DNA of 64,000 nt from a virus, in IMG/VR virus record IMGVR_UViG_3300042896_000714, positions 38,341-102,340 of that record; one strand, given 5' to 3'. Each line of letters starts with the position of its first letter. Position 1 is the stretch's first letter. A model generated the notes under the pieces. The model saw only the letters and a list, made by a program, of their open reading frames with translations, searched no databases and had not been told where the DNA came from. Shown in pieces: positions 9,485 through 21,300 of the stretch. The position numbers and the translations under genes are program-made.

Positions 9485-9991
9485 TTATCTTAAAAACTCA
9501 TGCCAATCTAAGTCATACTTTAGACTATCTATGCGATGTATTTCTAATAAAAATAGAACGTAACTTGCTACTGAACTACCACGGCCAACACCCCATAGTA
9601 CCCCATGTTCTCGAAGTGTATCTACAAGATATTTAAGCGTTCTTAATAACGGCATCATTTTTCTCTCTTCAAATGCCTCTATTTCTTCTAAAACCCTAGT
9701 TGACTCCGCTTGGGCGTTGCATTTGTCTAAACAAAACTTAGTAATGTTAAACTTTTGATATTCTTGCGGAATGAACCAATCTCCTTGACAAATTGTATCA
9801 AACGTATTAATACTAATATCATACATTGCAGGATCAACTGAGTGTAACAGTGTGCCAGCGACTCCGTTAAACTTAGTTATTTCTGCAGAAGGCTCAACAA
9901 GTAGTTGCTCAAACTCAAGTATCTCTTGATATATTAGCTTAGTAAGATCTTGTAGTTGATGTAATGGATTACCGAATTTATCATGAAGCAT
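9485..9991 (-). CDS. DNA polymerase III alpha (DnaE)-like fragment
   Basis: C-terminal WGVGRGSSVASYVLFLLEIHRIDSLKYDLDWHEFLR matches the DnaE GRGS...YDLLFERFL block; only 168 aa. Confidence 0.8.
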   Translation of the reverse strand: MLHDKFGNPLHQLQDLTKLIYQEILEFEQLLVEPSAEITKFNGVAGTLLHSVDPAMYDISINTFDTICQGDWFIPQEYQKFNITKFCLDKCNAQAESTRVLEEIEAFEERKMMPLLRTLKYLVDTLREHGVLWGVGRGSSVASYVLFLLEIHRIDSLKYDLDWHEFLR

Positions 9992-9996
9992 GCGCT

Positions 9997-10025
9997 ATTT
10001 TAGCTTACATTAATAAGCTTGTCAA
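9997..10025 (-). promoter_or_regulatory. sigma70-type promoter, leaderless transcript of the DnaE-like fragment
   Basis: TTGACA-17-TAAAAT-5 nt-ATG; AGCTTA/TAAGCT inverted repeat in the spacer. Confidence 0.75.
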
Positions 10026-10233
10026 GCCCTTTGTCGCGCTTTTGAAATTGCTGTTCCCATTGTTTCGCCTGTCTTGTTCGCAATTCAGTTTTGTAGATAT
10101 CGAGAAATAGTGAAATTTGCTGTTTAACTGATGGATTTTGCGTTTGAAAATACTTTCGGCTGAGATCTTGAATTCGCTCCTCAACCTCAGCATCTTTAAG
10201 TGATCCATAATCTTCAGCTAATGGGTGTATCAT
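10000..10233 (-). CDS. Hypothetical helical protein
   Basis: 77-aa ORF coupled to the upstream gene. Confidence 0.65.
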   Translation of the reverse strand: MIHPLAEDYGSLKDAEVEERIQDLSRKYFQTQNPSVKQQISLFLDIYKTELRTRQAKQWEQQFQKRDKGLDKLINVS

Positions 10234-10802
10234 GCTGCAAATGTTCCTAGATATGTTAGCATTACGGTTTTTCCATTATCAGCAGTCCAAGCTTCAATCA
10301 CTTGAACTGCACTGTCTCCAGCAGGCACATCAAACGACACCGGAAATGCTAAATCTTTTTTAAGAACATCAGCACCCAATGCAACAAATGAAATTCCAGT
10401 ATGCGCGTATGCATCGCTTTTTATCTCGAGGCGAATCTTAGAAAACACATTATCAACAGGGGCAGGCCAACCTTGGAATTGAATCGTATGGCTTCCGGTC
10501 ATAGTGATTACTTGGTATTCGCCGTCGTTAAAATTTACAGTAGTTGGTGCAGAACTAGTTGTAGGATAAACTGTTCCGTATAGTCGATTTGTTTGGGCGT
10601 TTGATATTACAGTGCCGTTAAAGTCATTATCTTCATCTAATTTTGCAGTTGACGTACTTAATACAGTAATTTCACTGGCTGCAGTGGCCAATCCAGTTTT
10701 AATGACATTAAAGTTGTCTCTAAATCCTTGGCTATCGTTGTCTTGCCCTGCTACTGGAAAAAGCTCGTCAATTGTAGCTGATGTTATTTGGCTAGGTGTC
10801 AT
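10230..10802 (-). CDS. Virion structural protein
   Basis: FPVAGQDNDSQGFRDNF N-terminal fibre/baseplate-type motif; within the structural operon. Confidence 0.65.
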   Translation of the reverse strand: MTPSQITSATIDELFPVAGQDNDSQGFRDNFNVIKTGLATAASEITVLSTSTAKLDEDNDFNGTVISNAQTNRLYGTVYPTTSSAPTTVNFNDGEYQVITMTGSHTIQFQGWPAPVDNVFSKIRLEIKSDAYAHTGISFVALGADVLKKDLAFPVSFDVPAGDSAVQVIEAWTADNGKTVMLTYLGTFAA

Positions 10803-13800
10803 GTTATGGTAGTCCGATCATTTCTAAATATGAGATATTTATCTTCATAATATCCCTCCACAGAATCTATTACATATCTATCTATCGTAAAATCAAATAA
10901 CTTAAAATCAAATCCGGTAGACTCAATGTGATTTTTAATATTTAACAGCATGTTGTCTCCTGATCCAGGCTTACAGTAACATAACACGACTGCTGGAACG
11001 TAATCTAATTCTTCCACACTCAAATCTTGGATACTACGCATCCACAGTGGTAAATAGTTACGCTCACGTTGAGCAGTTTCAATGCCGCGTAAAAGTTTCC
11101 GCCAAATACTAATACTCGACGGAAACTTAACGTCTTGCCCTGAATCACCAGCAAGTACATCAGTGCGATCCACTGATGCATAAAACGGATTTGGCCTTTT
11201 CCAATATGGGTTATCAGAATTAGAAGACCTTAAATAAAACTCATTAGTGTTATCTACAGTTACTTGGGTACCACGTACCTGTTGATAAGTGTTATCAGTT
11301 GATCTATACGATATTCTAGAAGGCAACTGTTTGTTATTTGGCTCTAACGGATCTATTAAATCAACATAGATAACCTCGTATACCACAGTATTAGTACCAG
11401 GTTCTTTAGCCACAGCTTTTTTAATAGTTCCAAGATTAAACCGTTTGGGCCGGTGATTAACCCCCATTGCACTGATATACGCGGCGGCGTCTACAGTTTC
11501 GATTCCAGCATAAATTAACGTGCTCATCTCACGCTGCACACCAAAATTTGAATCGGTAAGCCTATATACTAATTGTGGATCGAAGATATTAAAGTCGTTA
11601 ATAAACTGCTTAAATATATCACGCTGCTCCAATTTTAAGAATGGTCGAGCTGTAATATTACTATAGTACGCCTGGTTGGGAGTATCTACCCTAATACTAA
11701 AGGTTTTACTAATTGCACTATATCCTAAATGATCCCTGGCATTAACAGTAAACGTATAACCTCGATCAATAGTTGCTTGAAAACTATCAAATGTTGTTAA
11801 ATTTCGATCAATTGTAGTCAATATAGAATCTGCTTCAGTAAATGCATACGATTTCCACTTATTAGTAGATTGATCTTGAATAAATGTGCTGCTTACATGC
11901 GATATAAGTGCTTGATAAAACCTTGGTGAGCCAGTAGCAGTTCCAACAGTTCGAAGCATTATAGAATTCTTACCTGAATTATTGTAGTTAAAATAATTTA
12001 ATGGAGTAAGGTGTGTCTGAGCTTCATAAAATCCACCATCGATGGTCTCACTAATAAGACCAGTACCAAAATCACCTGGATTTGATCCCGTAAATCCTAG
12101 TGTAATAGTTGATGCTGTGCTATCGATAGCAAAAAATCGACCATTATAATTTGCATTACTGTTACCATTTATTTTAAACCAAAATTCGAATCCATTTTCA
12201 GTTGTAAAGTTTAAATCATTTATACCGTCAATACCAGCACTGCCTGGTAACTCTCCTGGTAGCTGACTGCCAAGGATGGTAATAGTGTCACCAGGTAAAT
12301 ATCCCGTTCCTGGATTTATTAAAATAACAGTAATTAATCCATTATAGTTATACGTATTGTTTGAGCCTTTATTGATCAGGAATCTAGCACCATGCCCGAT
12401 ACCAGAACTGGAAGACGCTGTGACCTCCACTGGGGTCAAGTAATAGTTTTTTCTAGCAGACGTGCCATTTATCTTTGTAACTATAGGGGCTAACGGTGGC
12501 AATTTCTGTGTAGGAATTGAAAATTTAATTCGTAACGGATTTACACTAGTTATACTTAACACGCTATTGATTTTTATTTTATCTACACTTATTTTTATAC
12601 CAGTATAGTCATTATAAAAAAGTTGCGTGGAAGCTATCTTGACAATCTCATTATTTGCGAAGGCATGATCAGTACTAGTCACTAATGTTGCAATATTCTT
12701 TCTGCGTATTATTGATTTAATAGTTTGAATTTTATCAGTTTTAATGATATCTTTTTTGCTGTATCTATTATTTGATTTCCAATAACTCTTGTATGTGTTT
12801 TGATTACGTATTTGATTTACCTTACCTACAATTTCACCGTCTAAGTTTAATGATAGTCCTGGGGGTAGCTTGCCTGAAGTTAGGGTATAAAGAATGGAAG
12901 CATTGCTAAATGTAGTAGTGGCACTAACAAATAACGCACTAGGATAACCAGCATTAATATTATCAAGACTGCTTGGACTAGTCCAATTCATTACGCTTTC
13001 CACCTCGCCCAATATATCAACTGTAAACAGCCGTCTGCTTGTCGAAAATTCAAATTCACGGCCGAATCTGATTGCTTTAACTGTAAACGTGTATCTTTCA
13101 GTGATTGCTGGTTGATATGGAATAGTGCCAAACACCTCGCCTGATGTTGAATCAAATGCCATTCCTGGCGGAATCGTACTTGCCGTGCCAAGAAAGATAG
13201 CAGTATTATTAGGAATTTCTATTTGTAATGGTAAATCTATAGTTAATCTATAAATGTTTCCGCCAAGCATTTCAACATCGATAACTGTATACGTTATTGG
13301 TGTAGCTCCAGGAAATTCTCCGTTAAAATTTACCTTATACCCAATTGCGGGAATTCCAGATGAGTTAACATACCGTATTGATGTTGATAACATCCTATTA
13401 TCAGTGTGTAACTCACGCAGGCATAATCCAGAAATTGATGCATTTGCTGTTGATAATTCGTAAGTTACTGGTCCAAGTTCGCTAAACCCTTCGTAGATAT
13501 CAATCTTAAACGTTTGGTAATTATTAGCTCTGCATAATCCTAAATAACTCGGAGTTGTAAATATTGGAGCTCGTACATACGTTACGTCGGCAGTATATGT
13601 TCCTTCTCCAGCCTGCATGATAACATCATCAGCTCGAAAGAAATCATCACCGACGACATATATTCTAAACTTACGCTTAGTAACAGTATCACCATCTGTA
13701 ATAGTGACATAAAATTCGTAATTACGATTTAGTTTTCTTGCAGTTAGTGTGTTTACACTAAAATCATAAGTTACAAAATCATAAACAAAACTATCGTATC

Positions 13801-14392
13801 CGTTTGTTGGACGGTATCCGAAATCGTATGCAGTTGCATCATATAATCCAACGTCGTAAAAGCCATTGTCGCCATTTTGGGGTACTGCGAGTAACGGTTG
13901 AATGAATCCAGTTATTCGGCCGTTTGGTACTAGTATCAATCCAGGAGGTAACTCTCCGTCACCACTTGCAATGAAAAAATTAAGTGATTGCCCAGCTGCG
14001 GTATCAGTATCAGATGCACTTAAATTAAAATCAATGAAACTACTATCAATTATATAGTACGCATTATTTGAACCAATTGGCAACAACCCAGCAGGGGTAA
14101 GCCAATTTGGGGCATTTGGACCTTGAACGTTTACTATAAATGTTCTATCAGAAATTTCATAGCCGTTAGTTGCCCGAACAACGAATTTATATTCTGTTGT
14201 TCTAGTAACCTCAAAGGGTGTGCCAGTAATACTGCTTCCGATAATCTCAAGACCAGGCGGTAAATAACCAGCAATTATCTTAAACCTAATGCCGGGTATT
14301 GTTGTTGCCGGTAAGGGAAGGTATATCGTTTCTCTTTCGTTATACGTTCCTAAATTATATCCAGAAGATACCGTCCATACATCTAATGCCAT
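10799..14392 (-). CDS. Large baseplate-wedge-like structural protein with putative Ig repeats
   Basis: Repeated G.LPPGL.L...G.I.G and Y.F.V.A strands; start moved to MALDVW (GGAG RBS, TAAATA 14410-14415). Confidence 0.7.
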   Translation of the reverse strand: MALDVWTVSSGYNLGTYNERETIYLPLPATTIPGIRFKIIAGYLPPGLEIIGSSITGTPFEVTRTTEYKFVVRATNGYEISDRTFIVNVQGPNAPNWLTPAGLLPIGSNNAYYIIDSSFIDFNLSASDTDTAAGQSLNFFIASGDGELPPGLILVPNGRITGFIQPLLAVPQNGDNGFYDVGLYDATAYDFGYRPTNGYDSFVYDFVTYDFSVNTLTARKLNRNYEFYVTITDGDTVTKRKFRIYVVGDDFFRADDVIMQAGEGTYTADVTYVRAPIFTTPSYLGLCRANNYQTFKIDIYEGFSELGPVTYELSTANASISGLCLRELHTDNRMLSTSIRYVNSSGIPAIGYKVNFNGEFPGATPITYTVIDVEMLGGNIYRLTIDLPLQIEIPNNTAIFLGTASTIPPGMAFDSTSGEVFGTIPYQPAITERYTFTVKAIRFGREFEFSTSRRLFTVDILGEVESVMNWTSPSSLDNINAGYPSALFVSATTTFSNASILYTLTSGKLPPGLSLNLDGEIVGKVNQIRNQNTYKSYWKSNNRYSKKDIIKTDKIQTIKSIIRRKNIATLVTSTDHAFANNEIVKIASTQLFYNDYTGIKISVDKIKINSVLSITSVNPLRIKFSIPTQKLPPLAPIVTKINGTSARKNYYLTPVEVTASSSSGIGHGARFLINKGSNNTYNYNGLITVILINPGTGYLPGDTITILGSQLPGELPGSAGIDGINDLNFTTENGFEFWFKINGNSNANYNGRFFAIDSTASTITLGFTGSNPGDFGTGLISETIDGGFYEAQTHLTPLNYFNYNNSGKNSIMLRTVGTATGSPRFYQALISHVSSTFIQDQSTNKWKSYAFTEADSILTTIDRNLTTFDSFQATIDRGYTFTVNARDHLGYSAISKTFSIRVDTPNQAYYSNITARPFLKLEQRDIFKQFINDFNIFDPQLVYRLTDSNFGVQREMSTLIYAGIETVDAAAYISAMGVNHRPKRFNLGTIKKAVAKEPGTNTVVYEVIYVDLIDPLEPNNKQLPSRISYRSTDNTYQQVRGTQVTVDNTNEFYLRSSNSDNPYWKRPNPFYASVDRTDVLAGDSGQDVKFPSSISIWRKLLRGIETAQRERNYLPLWMRSIQDLSVEELDYVPAVVLCYCKPGSGDNMLLNIKNHIESTGFDFKLFDFTIDRYVIDSVEGYYEDKYLIFRNDRTTIT

Positions 14393-14492
14393 GTTAACTC
14401 CATTTACCATATTTACCGAAAAACAGAGCAATACTGACTAGCGTACTCTGTAATGTTTAGGGGATTGTGTATTACTCTTTGTCAATTAAATA

Positions 14493-15260
14493 TTATTGAA
14501 GATCCAATGCATATTCATTATTGAAATCAATAGTCATTGCTTGCAATAATAACTCCGTTGGATTAGTAATGTTTTGTCCCAATACTCCAAAATCAAAATT
14601 TTGAATGTTATCAACTGGTGGAGTTACTACAGTGGCATTAACCCAATTACTGCCATTATATTGCAATACTTGGGTAGCAATCGGATTACTAATCTGAACA
14701 TTAGTTAAGTTGTTTAGTTCCAGGTTACCTGGCGCCCAAAATACACCAGTCCAATGCAACGCTTGGCCAACAGTTGGAAGCTCTGCACTTACATCTGATA
14801 GTCCGCTAATGACATGATTGCCAATATCACTAACTGTACCCGTTACATCGCCATTTAAGTTGCCAGTAAACAACGGAGATTTAATAGTACCATTTATGTT
14901 AATGTTACCAAATCCGATAATATCATGATTATTTAGATTTAAAATTCCTCCTAATATAGGATTAGGATCTTCAAAAACTGCATTAATTGAATCGACAACA
15001 TTAAGACTAATTTTATTTGAATCATAATTAATGCTCAAGTTGTCATTAAATGATTCCAAACTACGAAATTGTAAATTATTTCCTAGCTTGTTACTAAACA
15101 CTGGAGCGCCATTACCTAATGATGCCCCATCTAACACAACGCTAGCATCTATAGATGTAAAATTTGTATTGGTTTTAAAAAACGCAGTTCGTAAATCGTC
15201 GCCAGTGCTGTCATTAGCATAAATGCCTAAGTTAACTGTTTGAATGTCTAATATACTCAT
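14493..15260 (-). CDS. Tail/baseplate fibre-like structural protein
   Basis: NDSTGDDLRTAF..N.NF N-terminal motif; GQAL.W.G..W and QVLQYNGSNW fibre repeats; TAAATA 15282-15287. Confidence 0.7.
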   Translation of the reverse strand: MSILDIQTVNLGIYANDSTGDDLRTAFFKTNTNFTSIDASVVLDGASLGNGAPVFSNKLGNNLQFRSLESFNDNLSINYDSNKISLNVVDSINAVFEDPNPILGGILNLNNHDIIGFGNININGTIKSPLFTGNLNGDVTGTVSDIGNHVISGLSDVSAELPTVGQALHWTGVFWAPGNLELNNLTNVQISNPIATQVLQYNGSNWVNATVVTPPVDNIQNFDFGVLGQNITNPTELLLQAMTIDFNNEYALDLQ

Positions 15261-15316
15261 TGCTTATCTCGGTTATAGTTATATTTATGTGTCATTTTAT
15301 ATAATTCCTCTGCAAA

Positions 15317-18300
15317 TTATGCATATGTTGCATTCAGCGTGTACCATTGCGTAGCAGATGCACAGAAAAATTCTAAAGCAATCCCAGTATCCATTGGGAA
15401 AGCTTCATTTAATGCCAAATCATTAATTGTTACGCCAGTAGCTGGGTATATGTTTATGGTATTAGCCGACGAGTTCCGTACGATTATTCGGACACCGAGT
15501 GTGGAAGTATCTTGTACTGGTCCTACTACTTCCCCAATCAGTAAGCTACTGCGCATATCTGGAAATCTGACACCTGATCCCACTGTTGAAGTAATAACAA
15601 TATTGATGTTCTTCAATAATTCCACTGCAGTGGACTGGCTATTTCCGATAGCAACGATAGCAGCATTAACCCCGTGTTGAATAAATCCACTGACATTCAA
15701 CTTGGATAAAGTTCCTACTGTGGTTAATGACGCAGTAGTTATTGCCGAGTTTAATACTGTACCAATAATATTAAGCCCACTTACGCTTCCTGCAGAACCA
15801 TCAATACTGATGCCAGTCAACGCCAACGGTTCACTGGCGCGATTAACGGTTATAAGGGTTTTGCCCAAGTAAAAGCTACTACCTGTGTAAAACCCATTAG
15901 TAACGGTTTTAGCATTACCATCTAAGTCTCCAGTAAATACCGCGGTAGTTGCTGAAGTATCAACTACAGTATTACTGGTATTACTTGAAATTATATTGCC
16001 AGTTAAATTACCAATAAGTGATGTTGAATAAATTTTATTAAATGCATGTGCTGCATCACCTAAATTTTTGTCTGCATCTGCTAATACAATTGCACTTGCA
16101 GCGGCTAATGATGATACTGAGAGTTCCGTAGGGGTAGCAGCAGCACCTGAAATATTCCCAATTACTTTATAGTCTGCGATATTTGCAAGGTCAGATAGCG
16201 CAATGCTGCTAGATTTGAATGTGGCCCATCCGTTAGTAAGTGTAAATTTAGCTGAGTCGAAGCTTACCAATCCACGATCTGCTTGAAGTATACCAGTGGC
16301 ATTTGCTCTAGTACTGGCAATTGCCATTTCCAGTTTGCTTTGTGCAATAGCGGCATCTGATTTTACATCAGAATTAATGATAGTATCACTATTAATTTGC
16401 AGATTAAGTAATGCGTTATTCAAGCTGCTAACTACTGCTCCAATAACATGGGTAGTTGCAGTAGTTAAATCAACTGTTAGTGCCAGTGCTGGGTCAGTAT
16501 CTACACTTGGATTACTACTAATAATTGCCCTAGTAACATTGTCAAATCTCTTTGCTGCAAGTGTAGTGCTTGTGTATTTGAACACTTCATTGCCAATTTG
16601 TAAATACCCACTAGTTGGCCAAGCACTAATACTTTCACTAACAATAATACCTGCACTAACATCAAGCTGTGATGTTCCTGTAATCGCAGTTGCTAACGTT
16701 CCTAGATTGGCGCTAGTCAATACTGCAGCCAAATCACCACCAACTGTTGAACTTGTTGCAATGTTATTAACACCAATAAACGTGGATATTTTGCCTGCAG
16801 CAGGATTGCTAATAATAACACCTTTTAGTTTATTAAAGCTATCGTGAATCTTAGTTGCATAATTTACATAACCAATATTTGACACGTCTGTATCGCTACT
16901 TGTATTTGGTGTTACGTTAATGATTCGATGTGAACCCTCACCTCCACCCATATCTAAGTTACCGGTCATAGCTATAGCACCATTTGCAGCAACAAACCCT
17001 CCACTTACTGGAATACGTTGCGCAGCTGGAACTGGTAAGCCGTTATGGGTTAATCCTAATCGCTTATCAATATATCCTCTAATTGCACTCTCTACTGGTA
17101 CAGTATCATCAGCATTGTCGGTCATTGAGCTATCTGTAGAAAACTCTTTTGCAACAGTTCCACGCTTAAAGCCAATACCGTCTAAATTACTTAATGCAAT
17201 ACTTGCACTGAAAGTAACAGTACCAGTACCTTGATCAACAGTAAAGAATCGACCAACTCGGAAAATACCATCTTGGTCAGTGCTCATGTAGAAAACTCGT
17301 CCCTGGGTTTCTTCTCGCACTTCATTTGATGGATTAGCTGGCTGGGCTGGAATACCTAATAAGTTATTTGGATAATTAGTAGTGCTAAACCCACCAGTAC
17401 CGACATCTAAAAAGTCATGACCTGTGGCTCGGCATGTACTAATATTAACAGTAATTTCTGCTGTAGAATCCTTCATAATGCCAGCACGCAAGGTTATCTT
17501 TTCTACCGTTGGGAATGCTTCTGCAATTCCCGATGCTGGGGTATTTACAAGTGATCCAGCATAATCAATTGAGTCTAATACGACATATGCTGAATTAGTA
17601 TTAATTGGAACGACATAATCGGTAACTCTATGAATTTTTCCTGCATGCGCCAGTAGCAAGTTGCCTGAACGTAATCTAGCTTTTGTAAGATCACTTTGAA
17701 TTTCAGTTACGGCAATTCTAGTATCTCCTAATTGTGATCCCATAGTTTTTAAACCACCAACTACGTAATCAGTATTACTAATTTGCAACTCATTAGTTTC
17801 AATAATTGCATAGTTATAACTTGAATCAAAAGTTATAACAGCGACATCACCGTATGTAGCAAACCCACTTGCAGCGGTTCCAGCGGTCACTGCTGTTCCT
17901 ATATTATTGTAACTAAAAGAATTTTCGCTTACGTCAAGTACAGTGGCATATGTAACATTAAATGTTGCATTAGTTGTGCATACAATTGACACTAAATCAC
18001 CTGCAGAAATTGTATGGGCGGTTGTTGTGCTAATAGTCGAAACCCCAGCTTGTCTACTTGCAGCAACTATTTCTTGGATAGTTTGCAACGATTCACCAAC
18101 TGGACTTCTTAAATTATACGATAATGTTCTATAAATTTGTCCGACTTCACCTGGTGCGGTAAATTCCACCGCAGTGCTTGGGCGTACTGGTTTAATTTCT
18201 TGAACACCGTTAAACTTAAAGTTTTGCAAACTTCTAATTATAACTAGTTGATTATCAACCAACGGTGCCGCTAATCCAGCACCACTTGCTCCAGCATTAA

Positions 18301-21300
18301 TATTTAATTTTAAAACTGACTGCCCAGAGACTGAACCATCGACAGTAGTAGTAGTCCTTTCAACATTGCTTACTTCATACCTAGTAACTGTACCTCGATA
18401 AACACCTATAAAACTCGCGCCAAATCCTGCACCACCAAATCCGGGCGCAGTTACGGTAGTTAATTCATTGCTGGATCCAGTAGAAGGGGCAACTGAATAA
18501 GTACCAACTTCTGTAACTTCAAAAGTGGCAATTGGCCCAGTAGTGCCACCACCTGAGACTGTTTTAACTCGCAACCGTGTAGCTAAACTGCTAGGATAGA
18601 TAGTACCACCAACTATATCGATAAATTCATTTACCGCATATCCAGTCCCAGGATTAAACACTGTTACATTGGAAGCATTACTTTGAGTATTTGGTACTAA
18701 GCTTGATTTAGTGTTAGTATGATCGATTTCAATTTCCGACACATTGTATGGAATATAACTATAGTTGGCGATATAAACACTACTATCTGCCTCTATATTT
18801 TTTCCTGTAAATGTTTCTCTCTTGAAAATTCTAGAAACTTGTTGAATGTCATCGGCCAAAGATACTGGATCGGCAACTTCATTAGGATCTCGGCCATTTG
18901 CTCGCATACCGTATTCACCATATGAGCTATTACCTTGAGCAGATCTAATTTGGCCTCCTGTTAGCGCGTAGTAAGAGGTCCAGCAGTAATAAGTAAATAC
19001 ACTCACTAATTCAGTAATACCATTATTAATTGCAACTGCGCCATATCCCAAATCATTAACTTGTGTGTAATCGTTTGCAAGCATGGATCGATTACCAGGA
19101 GTTTCAATAATAGTATCGATTCCTGATACTGCAAAAATTATATTACCAGTTGCAATATGTGCAACATTAACAATGATCCCTGTAGGGCTAACTTGGGTAA
19201 TAATTGCGCCAATTCCCAATGCGCCAGATCCAGAAGTTCGTACAAGCTTCATGCCACTTACTAATCCAGCAGTTGACAACATAGCAATATTAAACTGCCC
19301 AATAGTAATATTACCGTTTGATGCTAATCCACTTGCTGTTGGGTTTATACTACGTGAATTTTTATCAGTAAACGGAGTTGATGAATCCAATATTATTGTA
19401 GCAGTTCCAGTGTTTATACTGTAATTTGCCACATTGTTAATTTGATATCTAATGCCATCAATATAAAAACTGTTAGGAACTCCTGGTTTTCTCACTGTGA
19501 GATTATTAAAAATTAATTCGGTGTCACTTATTTTTGTAGCAATGCTTGCTGGTAAGTTGCCACTAAATCCGTCAATATATAATCCACCACGGAATGCCTT
19601 TTTATTAATACTTCCACTTAGCGATGTAGCTGTTTGAACATATGGAGATTTAGTTTGTATTTGACCTTCTGGATCAAGAACACACATAAATCCTCCTTGG
19701 CCTTGTACAGTAATATTTCTTAAAATAGTACTATCGTTCATCAAGAATACATCCATGTCCTTATTATCTTTAGCAGGATTATTTGCGCCAATTATGATAT
19801 TTTGAATACCATTAATTAAATCCGATACAATATTGCGTTCAGTATTATATGCTACTAAGATTTGGTTAGCAATAATGCTAATATACGCTATACCAGCTAA
19901 TGTTTCTTTTAATTGAGTTGTAACGGCAATTCTAGCACTTGCATTACGTCTGTAGGAGTTGCCTACAGTAATACTTCTAGTGGTGCCACCGTCAATTAGA
20001 TCATTAGCCAATTCATCAACAATTATTCCTACATCCCTAGAACACGTATCTTGGTTGTAAGCTAAATTGGGATATGTTGTGTTTATATGAGCAATAACAT
20101 CACTTTGAATTGCTGCTTTATTGTTAGTTAATAAAGCAGCAGCCGCAACAAATCCACCTGGTTTTGCAATAGTTTTATCAAAAATTCCAGATTCACTTGC
20201 TGGATCTGACAAGTAATGATATCCAAAATTAATACCAGTTGGTGCAATCCCTGATCTATCAAGGCCCCTAACTGTTGCATTCACTAAGGCAACTAATGGT
20301 GCTTTATCAATAGCAAATGATGTTGGATTAATTATCCGAGCAACTTTAGTAGCAGGGGCAAATAGCCCGGTACCACTAGTTACATTTAAATACATGTCTT
20401 GAACAATACCAACAGTACTAGCAGTAGTTATAACCCAGTAATTTTCATATCCATCGATACCAGAAATTACAAAACTTGAGTTAGCATCTGCAGCACTTAA
20501 ATAAGTTCTGGTTAATTCGTCAAATATATCATCTCTATAAAAATATAAATTTGCCCATGGGCTTGTGCTTATGCCTGGCGCTGGTCGTATAATTACACGT
20601 CTAAATTCATCACCTTTAATAGATACGTTTACTGGAACTCTAATTGGAAATTGCTCATAGTAAACTCCAGACTCAACCCTAATGGTAATTTGATACTCAG
20701 GAACTGGTTGCCCAAATTCTAAAAGCTCACCATCTAGAAATTCTAGTAACACAGGCGCACTAGGGTCAATAATTTGTAGTATTGTTGTTACTAAGCGCTG
20801 CGCAAGAGCTACAGAACCAGATTCACCACGTGTTCCTGTAATATCTTGAACTTCTGAGCTTCTTTTACCAAAGCTCGTCGTACTAGAAGCTAACGGAATA
20901 GTAATATTATCCAATACTTTTTCAGCCAGTAATGAAATATAGGCTATGCCGTCTAATGTTTCAGTTAATTGATCAATTGGTAAGACACTCGAAACACCTC
21001 TCCAATAAGTTTTTCCAACATTGACTGTTTGTTTATTACCTCCAAATTTTAAGTCAAACAATATTGCATCTAAAATTAACCCAACATCACGGCTGCACGA
21101 TTGTTCGTTATAGTTTAAAAACGGATATGCTGCGTTAATATAAGCTATAGTTTCCGATACAATAAAGGCTTTATTTGAAACCAATTTGGCGGCAGCAGAA
21201 ACAAAATTGGTTTCAAAGGTCGTTACATCAGTAGTTAAGTGCATTAGCTCAATATTAAACTTGTCGTTAATACCAACAACTCCATCATAAGAAATTACCT

